Assembly (NCBI GenBank): GCA_963824065.1
Contig: CAWGNX010000001.1
Location: 435,825 to 499,824 of the forward strand
Reading direction: 5' to 3'
DNA from: an uncultured Chloroflexia bacterium
GTDB taxonomy: Bacteria; Chloroflexota; Anaerolineae; Anaerolineales; DRKV01
Length of the DNA: 64,000 nt
Shown here one piece after another: positions 9,858 through 20,641 of the stretch (its first letter is position 1; the number at the start of each line of letters is the position of its first letter). The translations under genes were made by a program, and so were the position numbers. The notes under the pieces were generated by a model, which ran no database searches, was not told the origin of the DNA, and worked only from the letters and a program-made list of their open reading frames with translations.

Positions 9858-10553
9858 CTACGTCTTTTCGACCTGTAAAAAGTCGAGCTCGACCGGGGTC
9901 TCACGGCCGAAAAAGTTTACCATAACCCGGACTTTTGCGCGTTCCATATCAATCTCGGAGACGGTGCCGCGGAAATCATTAAACGGCCCATCCACGATCC
10001 GAACACGCTCGCCGGATTTAAAGGTTACCTTAATGCGCGGGGCATCCGCTTCCATGCGCTTGATAATCTGAGATACTTCCTCCGGGCGCAGCGGGGTCGG
10101 GTTATTGCCCATCCCAACGAACCCGGTAACGCCCGGTGTATTACGGACTACGTACCAGGATTCTTCCGTCATAATCATGTTGACCAGAATGTATCCGGGA
10201 AACACACGCCGCTCGACGGACCGCCGTTTACCATCTTTAACTTCGATCTCTTCTTCTGTGGGGACGACCACATCGAAAATTTTATCCTTCATCCCCATCG
10301 TATCAATGCGCTGTTCAAGGTTATGACGAACTTTGTTTTCATATCCGGAATAGCAGTGAACGACGTACCAGGCGCGGCCATCTCCAGATTCGAGATCTTC
10401 GGGGCTCAGCTCATCATCACCCAGGCCCGGCAGATCGAATGTCAGATCGTTGTCATCGTCCGATAGATCAACATGCTCAGAAACCGTTTCATCGATTTCT
10501 GGCTGTTCATTCAATTCTTCTTCCTGGTCGTTAAAATCGCTCATGCTAAACAT
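9858..10553 (-). CDS. nusG: Transcription termination/antitermination factor NusG with an acidic N-terminal extension of about 60 aa
   Basis: The NGN domain (WYVVHCYSGYENKV) and KOW domain (GERVRIVDGPFNDFRGTV) are present, and the gene sits in the conserved secE-nusG-rplK position. Confidence 0.9.
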   Translation of the reverse strand: MFSMSDFNDQEEELNEQPEIDETVSEHVDLSDDDNDLTFDLPGLGDDELSPEDLESGDGRAWYVVHCYSGYENKVRHNLEQRIDTMGMKDKIFDVVVPTEEEIEVKDGKRRSVERRVFPGYILVNMIMTEESWYVVRNTPGVTGFVGMGNNPTPLRPEEVSQIIKRMEADAPRIKVTFKSGERVRIVDGPFNDFRGTVSEIDMERAKVRVMVNFFGRETPVELDFLQVEKT

Positions 10554-10605
10554 CCGTAATCATTCACTGCCCGGACTAATTTCGGACCTGGGGCGGAAAT
10601 ACCAC

Positions 10606-10827
10606 TCAAGAACCAAGAATTAGGCCAAACAAACGGAAAAACAAGAAATCCAATGTCCCTAAAAATGCGCTCATCACAACCAGGACTACGATCACGACCA
10701 GCGTCAGGTTCATGGTTTCCTGGCGGGTAGGCCAGGTAACCTTGCGCAGCTCACCAATCGTCTCGCGGAAATACCGCTGGATCCGGTTCGGTTTTTTAGG
10801 CTGTGGTTTTTTCTCTTCTTTTGCCAC
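10606..10827 (-). CDS. secE: Preprotein translocase subunit SecE
   Basis: A small basic protein with one C-terminal TM helix (RYFRETIGELRKVTWPTRQET), a GTG start after AAGGAG, and conserved synteny. Confidence 0.85.
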   Translation of the reverse strand: MAKEEKKPQPKKPNRIQRYFRETIGELRKVTWPTRQETMNLTLVVIVVLVVMSAFLGTLDFLFFRLFGLILGS

Positions 10828-10941
10828 GCAAGTCTCCTTGGTGCGCCCACTTTCCCGGGCATTGGATAGATAGCAAGATAAACGGATTGCGTATCTTGCT
10901 TAAAAAACGCCGTATACTGCGACGGCGTTGTTTTCGAGAGG

Positions 10942-11015
10942 CAGGCCAGGCAGGAATCGAACCCACAACCTCCTGTTTTGGAGACAGGCGCTCTGCCAAA
11001 TTGAGCTACTGGCCT
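10942..11015 (-). tRNA. tRNA-Trp (anticodon CCA)
   Basis: The minus strand reads AGGCCAGTAGCTCAATTTGGCAGAGCGCCTGTCTCCAAAACAGGAGGTTGTGGGTTCGATTCCTGCCTGGCCTG. This gives a 7-bp acceptor stem, a T-loop GGTTCGATTCC and the anticodon loop CTCCAAA. Confidence 0.9.
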
Positions 11016-11095
11016 GCGATGCAAAAGTAAAACTTTTTATCGGAGAGACGGCCGGATAGAAGCAACAAATTGCCGCCTATCCCCAATGAACCAGT

Positions 11096-11263
11096 CTACT
11101 TTGTCTCGCGGTGCAGCGTATGCTTCCGGCAGCGTCGGACAGAACTTATTAAGTTCCATACGCCCCGGATCATTCCGTCGATTTTTTTCAGTTGTATAGT
11201 TGCGTTCCTTGCATTCCGTGCATGCCATCGTCACAACCGGGCGAACATCTTTTTTCGAGCCAT
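11096..11263 (-). pseudogene. rpmG: 50S ribosomal protein L33, out of frame as read because of two compensating 1-nt indels (probably sequence error)
   Basis: ATG 11263 gives MARKK and then stops. Phase -1 reads [38 protein letters not shown]. The original phase then resumes with [12 protein letters not shown]. The shifts lie at the A6 run (11250-11255) and near 11131-11136. Confidence 0.75.
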
Positions 11264-11281
11264 ACCAGCAAAACCTTATTC

Positions 11282-12485
<1,204 letters not shown>

Positions 12486-12533
12486 TGCTTGTATTCTCCT
12501 TCAACAAATGTTGTCGTTTTTTGCGGCAACGAG

Positions 12534-12606
12534 AGCCCTCAATGGGATTTGAACCCATGACCCCGTTCTTACCAAGAACGTGCTCTACCGTCTGAGCTAT
12601 GAGGGC
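12534..12606 (-). tRNA. tRNA-Thr (anticodon GGU)
   Basis: The minus strand reads GCCCTCATAGCTCAGACGGTAGAGCACGTTCTTGGTAAGAACGGGGTCATGGGTTCAAATCCCATTGAGGGCT. Confidence 0.9.
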
Positions 12607-12662
12607 TGATACGTGGCTACGCGCTGACGGGTTTGTTGCTTTCCGTCAGCGTCGTTACCAGA

Positions 12663-12745
12663 TGGGCGGTGAAGGATTCGAACCTCCGAAGTCGTCCGAC
12701 AGCTGATTTACAGTCAGCCCCCTTTGGCCACTTGGGTAACCGCCC
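12663..12745 (-). tRNA. tRNA-Tyr (anticodon GUA, long variable arm)
   Basis: The minus strand reads GGGCGGTTACCCAAGTGGCCAAAGGGGGCTGACTGTAAATCAGCTGTCGGACGACTTCGGAGGTTCGAATCCTTCACCGCCCA. Confidence 0.9.
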
Positions 12746-12814
12746 GGGTGATCAACCGTTACCGGCTCGAGACCAGTGCCAAACATTTGGCGCTGGTCGC
12801 CAGCCTGCAACACA

Positions 12815-12888
12815 AGCCGACGATGGGACTTGAACCCATAACCTACCGCTTACAAGGCGGTTGCTCTGCCGGATTGAGCTACGTCGGC
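12815..12888 (-). tRNA. tRNA-Thr (anticodon UGU)
   Basis: The minus strand reads GCCGACGTAGCTCAATCCGGCAGAGCAACCGCCTTGTAAGCGGTAGGTTATGGGTTCAAGTCCCATCGTCGGCT. Confidence 0.9.
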
Positions 12889-12915
12889 GCAATATTAAGT
12901 TCTTAAGCGTCTGGC

Positions 12916-12944
12916 ATTATACCAGAGGCACGTGCCTGCGGCAA
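12916..12944 (-). promoter_or_regulatory. Candidate promoter of the tRNA-tuf transcription unit
   Basis: On the minus strand, TTGCCG (12944-12939), a 17-nt spacer and TATAAT (12921-12916) lie about 28 nt upstream of the first tRNA. Confidence 0.5.
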
Positions 12945-13249
12945 GTTAACCGGCGATATTATTTACGGTTTCGCGAGAAAGAAGATCCGTCCCGCTCCAG
13001 CCACCATCGGAGCGCTACATGTTGATCCCTGGGCCTGTCCTTCTTGTGAAATCCGGGCAATATTATTACAGCGGGGCGAGAGTCTATCAGGTTTTGAACC
13101 ACGCGTCAATACCGCGCCAACCCGGACCTCCCACAGCCAACAACATCAGGTTAAACCCCAACGACAAAATATTTTACGTGACTCTGGACTGCTATCGGGC
13201 AGGCCGGACGGCAGGAATTATCTACAGATATACCTGGATGAAGGCGCAG

Positions 13250-14008
13250 CTAAACCGCCCCCTGGTAGCTGCGTGCCTGCCATACCAGGTATAGTGCCAC
13301 CGAGCCAGCGACCGCTGCATTCAGCGACTCAACCCTGCCGCGCATGGGCAGCCGCAGCAGCAAATCGCATGATTTTTCCACCAGCTGGCGCATTCCCTGG
13401 CCTTCGCTGCCTACTACCAGGGCAAGTGGTCCATCCAGCCGGATTCTGGCCGGGAGTTCAGCTCTGGAAGAACCTTCCAGTCCAACCACCCATACGCCGG
13501 CTTCCTTAAGCCTGGCAATTGCCTGCGCAAGATTGGTTTGGACGATCAAAAGGTGCTCGCTGGCCCCAGACGAGGCGCTGACCACCGCCGGGGTGATGGT
13601 CGCCGTCCGCCGGAATGGCTGCAGCACCCCATGCACACCGGTCACTTCCGCCGTCCGCAGCAGTGTTCCAAGGTTTTGCGGGTCCTGCAGGGCATCCAGG
13701 ATGAGGATAAATGCCGGCTCCTGGCGCTGTTCTGTTCTTAGCAATATCTCGGATAGATCGCTGTACGGATATTCCCCCACCTGCAGCAGCACACCCTGGT
13801 GTCCATCCGCCTCAACATCCAGAGCTCGACGCGGGGCTATTTCCACCGGGATTTTCCTGTCTCGGCAGAGGTTTAATACATCTGCCAGGCGCCCTTTCTC
13901 CCGGCTGGCTTCCGCACTGCCCTCCGCCAGCAACAAACGGAAGACTTGCCGCCTGCCAGCCTGCAGCACTTCGTAAACCGGGTGGCGGCCTGCAATCCAC
14001 TCACGCAT
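13250..14008 (-). CDS. rlmB: SpoU/TrmH-family 23S rRNA 2'-O-methyltransferase (RlmB-like)
   Basis: An N-terminal SpoU substrate-binding region is followed by the C-terminal knot motifs LVVGSEGQGM...ESLNAAVAGSVALY. The gene lies downstream of cysS, as in Firmicutes. Confidence 0.85.
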   Translation of the reverse strand: MREWIAGRHPVYEVLQAGRRQVFRLLLAEGSAEASREKGRLADVLNLCRDRKIPVEIAPRRALDVEADGHQGVLLQVGEYPYSDLSEILLRTEQRQEPAFILILDALQDPQNLGTLLRTAEVTGVHGVLQPFRRTATITPAVVSASSGASEHLLIVQTNLAQAIARLKEAGVWVVGLEGSSRAELPARIRLDGPLALVVGSEGQGMRQLVEKSCDLLLRLPMRGRVESLNAAVAGSVALYLVWQARSYQGAV

Positions 14009-14032
14009 GCCAGCCTTCTTTCCTGAAGCGGT

Positions 14033-15440
14033 TTATCTCTTCCACCGCCAGGTTGTACCTTCCTTTAAATCCTCGAGAATCACATCCAGAGCTGCCAGGC
14101 GATCGCGCACCAGGTCCGACATGCCCCATAGTTTTTGCTTGCGCAGCTCCGTTCGCACATCAACCAGCAGATCGACGAAAGCATCTGCTGCTTCATTGCG
14201 CTGCCCGTCAGGCGGACCCAGGCGCAGGCCCAACACACCTGTCAATGTGCGCAGCTGGGTCTGGGCTGGTTCCAACTCATCCGCCGCCGCTCCAGCAGCC
14301 CGCGCCTGGTTGATCGCCCGCACCAGCTCGAATAAATGACCTAAAGCCCCGGCAGAATTAAAGTCATCATCCATGCTCTCTGTGAAGCCAAGTTCTGTTT
14401 TTTCCATCTGGTTATGCAGCAGCTCGAGCTGCGCGGCGGCCGCCCCTATGCTTCCCGCTGGGGCTGGTTTGAGCGCAGAACGCAGACGTTCGAGGCCGCG
14501 CTCAGCCTGCCCGACGATCTCATCGCTATAAGAAAGTGGGCTGCGGTAGCTGGCATTAAGCACCAGCAGGCGCAGAACATCCCCATCATGTGCCGCCAGG
14601 AAATCCTCAATCGTAACCAGGTTGCCCAGCGACTTCGACATTTTCTCGCCCGAAAGCTGCAGCATGCCGTTGTGAATCCAATAGCGGGCGAAATATTTGC
14701 CTGTCAGAACTCTCAGTCTGGGCGATTTCATTCTCATGATGCGGAAAGATCAGGTCATTTCCGCCGCCGTGAATGTCGATTTGAGGCCCCAGGTGAGTCA
14801 GATTCATCGCCGAGCATTCGATATGCCAGCCAGGTCGCCCGCCACCCCAGGGGCTATCCCAGGCCGGTTCGCCTGGTTTGGCTGCCTTCCACAAAGCAAA
14901 ATCCATCGGGTGTTCTTTGCGCACATCAACTTCAATTCGTGCGCCGGCCTGCATATCCTCCAGGCGCCTACCGGATAATTTCCCATAATCAGCATCTTTT
15001 TGCACCCGGAAATATACATCCCCATCAGCCTCATAGGCGTACCCATCATCCAAGAGCCGGGAGACCATTGTAATGATGGTTTCCATTTCCTGGGTAGCGC
15101 GCGGGTTGACTGTCGCAGGTTTGATGTTGAGCTCACGCAAATGCTGGTCATATTCGCGGGTGTATCGCTCCGCCAGTTCGAATGGATCGACCTGTTCTTC
15201 TTTCGCCCGCAAGATTATTTTGTCATCCACGTCAGTGTAGTTCATCACGTGGCGCACTTCGTAACCGCGGTACTCCAAATACCGGCGAATGACATCAAAT
15301 ACCAGCGCCGACATAGCATGCCCGATGTGAGCTTTGGCATAAACGGTTGGCCCGCACACATACATCGCCACTTTTCCGGGAGAAAGCGTCACAAATTCTT
15401 CCTTCTGGCGGCTGAGTGTGTTGTAAACTCGCAGTGGCAT
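14033..15440 (-). pseudogene. cysS: Cysteine--tRNA ligase, split by a 1-nt insertion as read (probably sequence error)
   Basis: ORF 14607..15440 carries HIGH and runs to ...[15 protein letters not shown] 14033..14737 continues in another phase with [30 protein letters not shown]. The junction is at about 14708-14714. Confidence 0.9.
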
Positions 15441-15466
15441 AAAATGATTCTCCTGTTATCTGATGC

Positions 15467-16519
15467 TCAACTATCACCGTTGGGTCGGGCAAAAATCATC
15501 CTGCCTGCCGATGTCTGGAGCACCTTGGTGACAATTACCATCGTTTCTGTGTTCAGCAGGTTGCGCCCTTCTTCAACCACCACCATCGTCCCATCATCCA
15601 GGTATCCGACGCCTTGCCCGGGTTCTTTCCCTTCCTGGATCACCTTGACCGAAAGAGGCTCTCCGGGCAGCAGGACAGACTTCACAGCGTTCGCCAGATC
15701 GTTAATGTTCAGAACCGGAACCCCCTGTAATTCTGCAACCCTGTTTAAATTATAGTCATTGGTCAGGATGGGGCAGCGCAGCTGGCGGGCAAGGATCACC
15801 AACTTGTCATCAACATCCCGGGCGCCTTCAACATCAATATCGCTGATCCGCACCGGAACCGTGGGATCTTTTTGAAGCTGTGAGAGTACCTCGATCCCGC
15901 GCCGGCCGCGCTGGCGGCGCAGGCTGTCCGGCAAATCGGCAATATACTGCAGCTCGTTCAGGACGAAACGTGGGATCAACAGCGTACCGGTCATAAATCC
16001 GGTCCGGGCGACATCCGTAATTCTCCCATCGATAATGACACTGGTATCCATCAAAATCGTACGGGATGCCCCATCCAGCAGGCCCACGTCGCCGCTGCGA
16101 TTATTGGAACGGTCGAAAACGCTGAATATGTCGTTCGATCGCATTACAAAAACATACATGCCCAGATAACCAAACAGCAGCACCGCTACCGACGGCAAAA
16201 ACAGGCTGAACGGTTCTGGAAGTTTCGACAGCGGCAGGGTAACCAGGGCTGCCAGGATTAATCCTGCCAGCAGTCCCAACTGTCCAGCCACCAGCTTTTG
16301 CGATGAAACCTGGGTCAGTTTACTCCGGATTGCTTTGATCGGCCGGATAGTGATCATGGGGGTGATGATCAATCCGATCAGCGCACCGAGTAAGCCAAAG
16401 ATGATTGCATACAGGTCGGCTTGTGCGTCTGCCAGCACGCCCAGCGTTCCCCCATAATAGGCACCCAGCAATGCAAAAAAGACCATCCCGACCAGACGCG
16501 TGATAAAATCCGCGCTCAT
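15467..16519 (-). CDS. Membrane-associated PIN + TRAM domain protein (YacL-like)
   Basis: N-terminal TM helices are followed by a PIN domain (ILMDTSVIIDGRI...NELQYIAD) and a C-terminal TRAM-like beta region. It lies upstream of cysS. Confidence 0.8.
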   Translation of the reverse strand: MSADFITRLVGMVFFALLGAYYGGTLGVLADAQADLYAIIFGLLGALIGLIITPMITIRPIKAIRSKLTQVSSQKLVAGQLGLLAGLILAALVTLPLSKLPEPFSLFLPSVAVLLFGYLGMYVFVMRSNDIFSVFDRSNNRSGDVGLLDGASRTILMDTSVIIDGRITDVARTGFMTGTLLIPRFVLNELQYIADLPDSLRRQRGRRGIEVLSQLQKDPTVPVRISDIDVEGARDVDDKLVILARQLRCPILTNDYNLNRVAELQGVPVLNINDLANAVKSVLLPGEPLSVKVIQEGKEPGQGVGYLDDGTMVVVEEGRNLLNTETMVIVTKVLQTSAGRMIFARPNGDS

Positions 16520-16780
16520 AATACCAATCTCCTGAATAAATGGCGTTGATAATCAACGACAATAACTCCCGCAGTCAGGACATCCACCGGGCTGAGCAAT
16601 AAAAATATCCGGATTGAATGAGATAATATTCCGGAATAACAAAATTGGCTGCCGGAGGGCGCCGGAACAGCAAGGCCGGTTGTCCTGCCTTTATTTTACT
16701 ACCAGAATCGCTGCTGACCTCCACCGCATAATTTTGCGAAACAGGAAAGGTTAGCAGGATTCACAGCAAGAAACGAAACA

Positions 16781-17521
16781 ATGATGGATCGAGATCTCGA
16801 CAAAGCTGCCCTGCGCGGCGAACCCTCGTATGTGTGGCGTGAGGGTCAGCAGCGCCGCTTGCAAATTATCACCACCGCGGCCGGTGAGCGGATCCGCGCG
16901 ACCATTCTCGAAAATGGATGCGGGATTGGGATGTATGTCGCCCACCTCCTGCCCTTCGGAGGCACGGTTATCGGCCTGGAATATGACCTCGAGCGAGCCC
17001 GCACTGCGCGCCAGGTGTCTGCCAATATCCTGGGCGCAGCAGGAGAAGCGCTACCTTTCGAACCGGACACATTTGACTTGATTTTGAGCCACGAAGTTAT
17101 CGAACACATCCAGGATGACCGGACAGCTGTGAGAGAAATAGTGCGCACCCTGCGCCCGGGAGGGCGCCTCGTGTTATTCTGCCCAAATCGGGGTTATCCT
17201 TTCGAAACCCACGGGGTTTACTGGCGCGGTCGCTACCATTTCGGCAACATCCCGCTGGTAAATTACCTGCCCCGCCCGCTGCGTGATCGCCTGGCACCCC
17301 ACGTGAGCGTCTACACCCGCCGTGATCTCGAAGTTTTATTCGCCGGGCTCCCGGTGCAGTTCATCTCCCGCAGCATTATCTTTGGGGCTTATGACAATAT
17401 CATCGCCCGTTATCCCACAGCAGGCAGGTGGCTGCGGGCAGTGCTGCAGGGTTTAGAAAAGACCCCCTTCCGCTGGTTTGGCTTATCTCACTGCTGGGTC
17501 GTTGAAAAAGACGCGGCTTAA
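16781..17521 (+). CDS. Class I SAM-dependent methyltransferase
   Basis: Motif I ILENGCGIGMY is present, with a Methyltransf_11-like core. Confidence 0.8.
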   Translation: MMDRDLDKAALRGEPSYVWREGQQRRLQIITTAAGERIRATILENGCGIGMYVAHLLPFGGTVIGLEYDLERARTARQVSANILGAAGEALPFEPDTFDLILSHEVIEHIQDDRTAVREIVRTLRPGGRLVLFCPNRGYPFETHGVYWRGRYHFGNIPLVNYLPRPLRDRLAPHVSVYTRRDLEVLFAGLPVQFISRSIIFGAYDNIIARYPTAGRWLRAVLQGLEKTPFRWFGLSHCWVVEKDAA

Positions 17522-17547
17522 GCCTGCTGAGCCAGAGTGGGGAGAAA

Positions 17548-18465
17548 TCAGGCTTTGTCCCGGAAATCGTAGACGCCATCCACGACCGGCCAGCTCCGCT
17601 CACAACTGGCACACTTCAGTACCGAGTCATCGGGCACATTTATTAAGGAAGGGCTGCTGCAAACCGGGCAGACCAGCAGGTCTTCGATGCCATTTGCAGG
17701 TGTCCTCAGCCGCGAAACCGCTTCTCCGGTGACCTGGGCGGCGACGAATACGCTGGGAGACAGCTGCCACCAGTTTCCGGTCAGCTGGGCAGCCGAGTCC
17801 AGACTAACCAGCAAGCCAGTCGGCAGATAGCGTTTCAGGATCTCCATCCGGAAATGCGATACTGTCAGCTGGCGCTTGATTTCAAATCCGGCGCCGCGCA
17901 GCCATTCACGGACTGCCCCCGGGTGGAAATCAAAATTCAGTTTGGCAAATTCCACCGGTTCACGATCGAACGGGCTCCACGCCTGCCGCCCCAATGCGTA
18001 ACGCAGGATCGCCTTTAAATTTTGTTTGTTGGCATACTCAAGGATAAAAATCCCCCCTGGCTGCAGGATGCGACGCACCTGCTGTAATGCCAGCGGCGCG
18101 TCAGCCATGTGATGCAGCACGCGGATCATCGTTGCTGCGTCAAACACACCCGGGCGGAAGGGTAACTGGTAGACGTTGGCAGCCACATAACCGTAACATG
18201 GGTTTTTTCCCAGGCGGTCTTGCGCTTGCTGCAGCTGGGTGAGCGAATAATCGAGCAGCACCACCTGCTGGTAACCCGCATAGCGAGGTGTATTACGCCC
18301 GGCACCGGCTCCTAACTCCAGCAGGACATTCCCGCTGGCCGGCAGCAGCCGCTTCAACGCCACCGCTTCGACCTGATCCTCGTAGGCGCGCAGACCCTGA
18401 TCCCAAAACGAGGTCTGGTAATCCGAGCCTTCATAATCACAAACCGGGGGAATATCGTTGTGCAT
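17548..18465 (-). CDS. Class I SAM-dependent methyltransferase with a C-terminal Trm112-like zinc ribbon
   Basis: Motif I is LLELGAGAGRNT. The C-terminus reads LVCPVCSSPSL...LKCASCERSWPVVDGVYDFR. Confidence 0.8.
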   Translation of the reverse strand: MHNDIPPVCDYEGSDYQTSFWDQGLRAYEDQVEAVALKRLLPASGNVLLELGAGAGRNTPRYAGYQQVVLLDYSLTQLQQAQDRLGKNPCYGYVAANVYQLPFRPGVFDAATMIRVLHHMADAPLALQQVRRILQPGGIFILEYANKQNLKAILRYALGRQAWSPFDREPVEFAKLNFDFHPGAVREWLRGAGFEIKRQLTVSHFRMEILKRYLPTGLLVSLDSAAQLTGNWWQLSPSVFVAAQVTGEAVSRLRTPANGIEDLLVCPVCSSPSLINVPDDSVLKCASCERSWPVVDGVYDFRDKA

Positions 18466-18484
18466 TCTGCGCCGTATGAACAGC

Positions 18485-18516
18485 GTGCCAGCAGGATCCT
18501 GCTGGCACGTTTTTTC
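18485..18516 (+). terminator. Strong hairpin plus T-tract oriented on the plus strand between two minus-strand genes
   Basis: An 11-bp stem GTGCCAGCAGG / CCTGCTGGCAC with a 3-nt loop is followed by GTTTTTT on the plus strand only. Confidence 0.4.
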
Positions 18517-18540
18517 TGAGATTAAAGACCCTGCAGAGGA

Positions 18541-19890
18541 TTATATCGCGCTGGTGGCTTCCTCAACCCGGTGGATAGAGACTCCATTTCCATCAAACCC
18601 GCGGCCGATTGCCCGGTAGATAAAACCCAGAGCCCGCACACTCTTCGGATCGTAAATATTGCGCCCATCATACAAAACCGGGGTGCGCATCAGCTCGCAT
18701 ATCTGCTTTAAATCGAGCTGTTTGAATTCGTTCCAATCAGTGATCACCAGGATAGCATCGCTGCCCTCCGCCACCTCGTACGCGTTCCGGCACATTCCGA
18801 CATCAGGCAGCTGGAGCGCCGCCACGTCCATTGCCACCGGGTCATAAGCTTTGACCCGGGCACCTTCTGCCATCACCGCGTTGGCAATATCGACTGCCGG
18901 GGCATCACGCATATCATCAGTGTTGGGTTTGAATGCCAGACCAAGGATCCCAATCTGTTTTCCGTTAAAACCACCTACCATCTCGCGCAGTTCGTTCACC
19001 GCTGACCGGCGCCGATCAGCATTGATATCCATGACTGCGTTCAGCAGCTGCGGGTGGCGGCCTTTTTCAGCAGCCATGTGGGCCAGAGCAAGCACATCCT
19101 TGGGGAAACACGAGCCACCGTAGCCCATGCCAGCTTCCAGGAAGTGCGGTCCAATCCGATTGTCATAGCCCATGCCAATTGCCACTTCTTTGACATCCGC
19201 TCCAAGCGCTTCACAGATATTGGCCATTTCGTTGATGAACGAAATTTTGGTCGCCAGGAATGCATTCGAAGCATACTTGATCATTTCCGCTGTGCGCAGG
19301 TCTGTGAGCACAATGGGCGCCCGCAGCGGCAGGTGCAGTTGGGCAACTTTTTCAGCAGCTTCCGGGTTGAGTGATCCGAGAATCGTCCGGTGGGGGCGCA
19401 TGAAATCAGTGATTGCCGAACCCTCACGTAAAAATTCGGGGCAAGAAACCACCGCAAATGGGATGGGTTTTTTTTGGCTTTCCCGGATGATATCTGCCAC
19501 CCAGTCACCAGTCCCGACGGGAACCGTCGATTTATTAATGATGATCAGGTCATCCTGCATATGTTCGGCAATCGTCCGTGCTGCCGCCGCAACATACTGC
19601 AAGTCCGCCTCGCCATCCACTCCGGACGGCGTGCCAACGGCAATAAAGGCAAATTCCGTGCCGGCAAGCGCCTCTGGATACGAGGTTGTAAACGTTAATC
19701 GTCCGGATTTGACGTTCCGCTCAACCAACTCTTCCAGACCAGGTTCATATATCGGCATTTTCAGGCGCCGTAATCCTTCAATCTTCTCTTCAACAATATC
19801 CAGGGCGATTACCCGATTCCCCAGGTCGGCAAAGCAGGCTGCAGTCACCAAGCCCACATATCCCACGCCGACGACACAAATTTGCTTCAT
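18541..19890 (-). CDS. ugd: UDP-glucose 6-dehydrogenase
   Basis: An N-terminal Rossmann fold [10 protein letters not shown] is present. The catalytic Cys lies in GGSCFPKD. The start is set at MKQICVV (ATG 19890), which follows GAGGAGG. Confidence 0.9.
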   Translation of the reverse strand: MKQICVVGVGYVGLVTAACFADLGNRVIALDIVEEKIEGLRRLKMPIYEPGLEELVERNVKSGRLTFTTSYPEALAGTEFAFIAVGTPSGVDGEADLQYVAAAARTIAEHMQDDLIIINKSTVPVGTGDWVADIIRESQKKPIPFAVVSCPEFLREGSAITDFMRPHRTILGSLNPEAAEKVAQLHLPLRAPIVLTDLRTAEMIKYASNAFLATKISFINEMANICEALGADVKEVAIGMGYDNRIGPHFLEAGMGYGGSCFPKDVLALAHMAAEKGRHPQLLNAVMDINADRRRSAVNELREMVGGFNGKQIGILGLAFKPNTDDMRDAPAVDIANAVMAEGARVKAYDPVAMDVAALQLPDVGMCRNAYEVAEGSDAILVITDWNEFKQLDLKQICELMRTPVLYDGRNIYDPKSVRALGFIYRAIGRGFDGNGVSIHRVEEATSAI

Positions 19891-20183
19891 AAGATAAGTC
19901 CTCCTCAATGAACCCACCAGGCGCAATACCCGCCAAGGCGCCTCAGCGCAGCCAAACCTTTCGCCCGGTGATAAAACCCGCCATTTTGACGGGCTTGGAA
20001 ATATTACCATAGTTTATTCGCCGCATTTACTAACACTTTCTTTAGTATTGAGCCCAATGAACGGACAAATTTCACAAACATACAATGACCTCTGTCACTA
20101 GTAATTCGGACATACGTAGCCTAAAATGTATTTATCGATTAAAGATATTACATACCGAAAATACACGAAAAGGGGAGTCTCCC

Positions 20184-20603
20184 ATGCAAATAACCCGCCA
20201 AGCCGATTATGCCATCCGTGCCGTACTCCATTTATCCCGCATCGGGAATGGCCAGCGTGCCTCCACAAGCCAGATCGCTCAGGAGCAAAGCATCCCGCCA
20301 TCCTTCCTGGCAAAGATCGTCTCTCAATTGTCCGTTTCGGGGTTGCTCCAGACCTCGCGCGGTGCCCGGGGCGGCGTGTCGCTCGCCAGGTCACCCCGCG
20401 ATATCACGCTCCTGGAAGTCATCGAAGCCATTGATGGCCCAATCTTGCTCAATGAGTGTGTCGCCGATGAGGCCAATTGTGCTTTTAGTGAAGATTGCCC
20501 GCTGCGGCCCGTTTGGTGTGATGCCCAGGCAGAGCTGGTAAAACGCTTGAAAAGTACGAACTTTGGGCAGTTTGTTGGTACCCCGATGGCAGTCGCGGTC
20601 TGA
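20184..20603 (+). CDS. Rrf2-family transcriptional regulator
   Basis: The N-terminus MQITRQADYAIRAVLHL is followed by a wHTH region and Cys residues (CVADEANCAFSEDCPLRPVWC). GGGGAG lies upstream of ATG 20184. Confidence 0.85.
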   Translation: MQITRQADYAIRAVLHLSRIGNGQRASTSQIAQEQSIPPSFLAKIVSQLSVSGLLQTSRGARGGVSLARSPRDITLLEVIEAIDGPILLNECVADEANCAFSEDCPLRPVWCDAQAELVKRLKSTNFGQFVGTPMAVAV

Positions 20604-20641
20604 TTACCGGCAAGTAATCGAGCATTAAAAGACGCGGTTTC

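Noticed and set aside
13100-13130. GGGAGGTCCGGG on the minus strand, which resembles the RNase P RNA GAGGAAAGUCCGGGC box
   Set aside because: It lacks the AAA of the conserved box and none of the other RNase P conserved regions or helices are present nearby.
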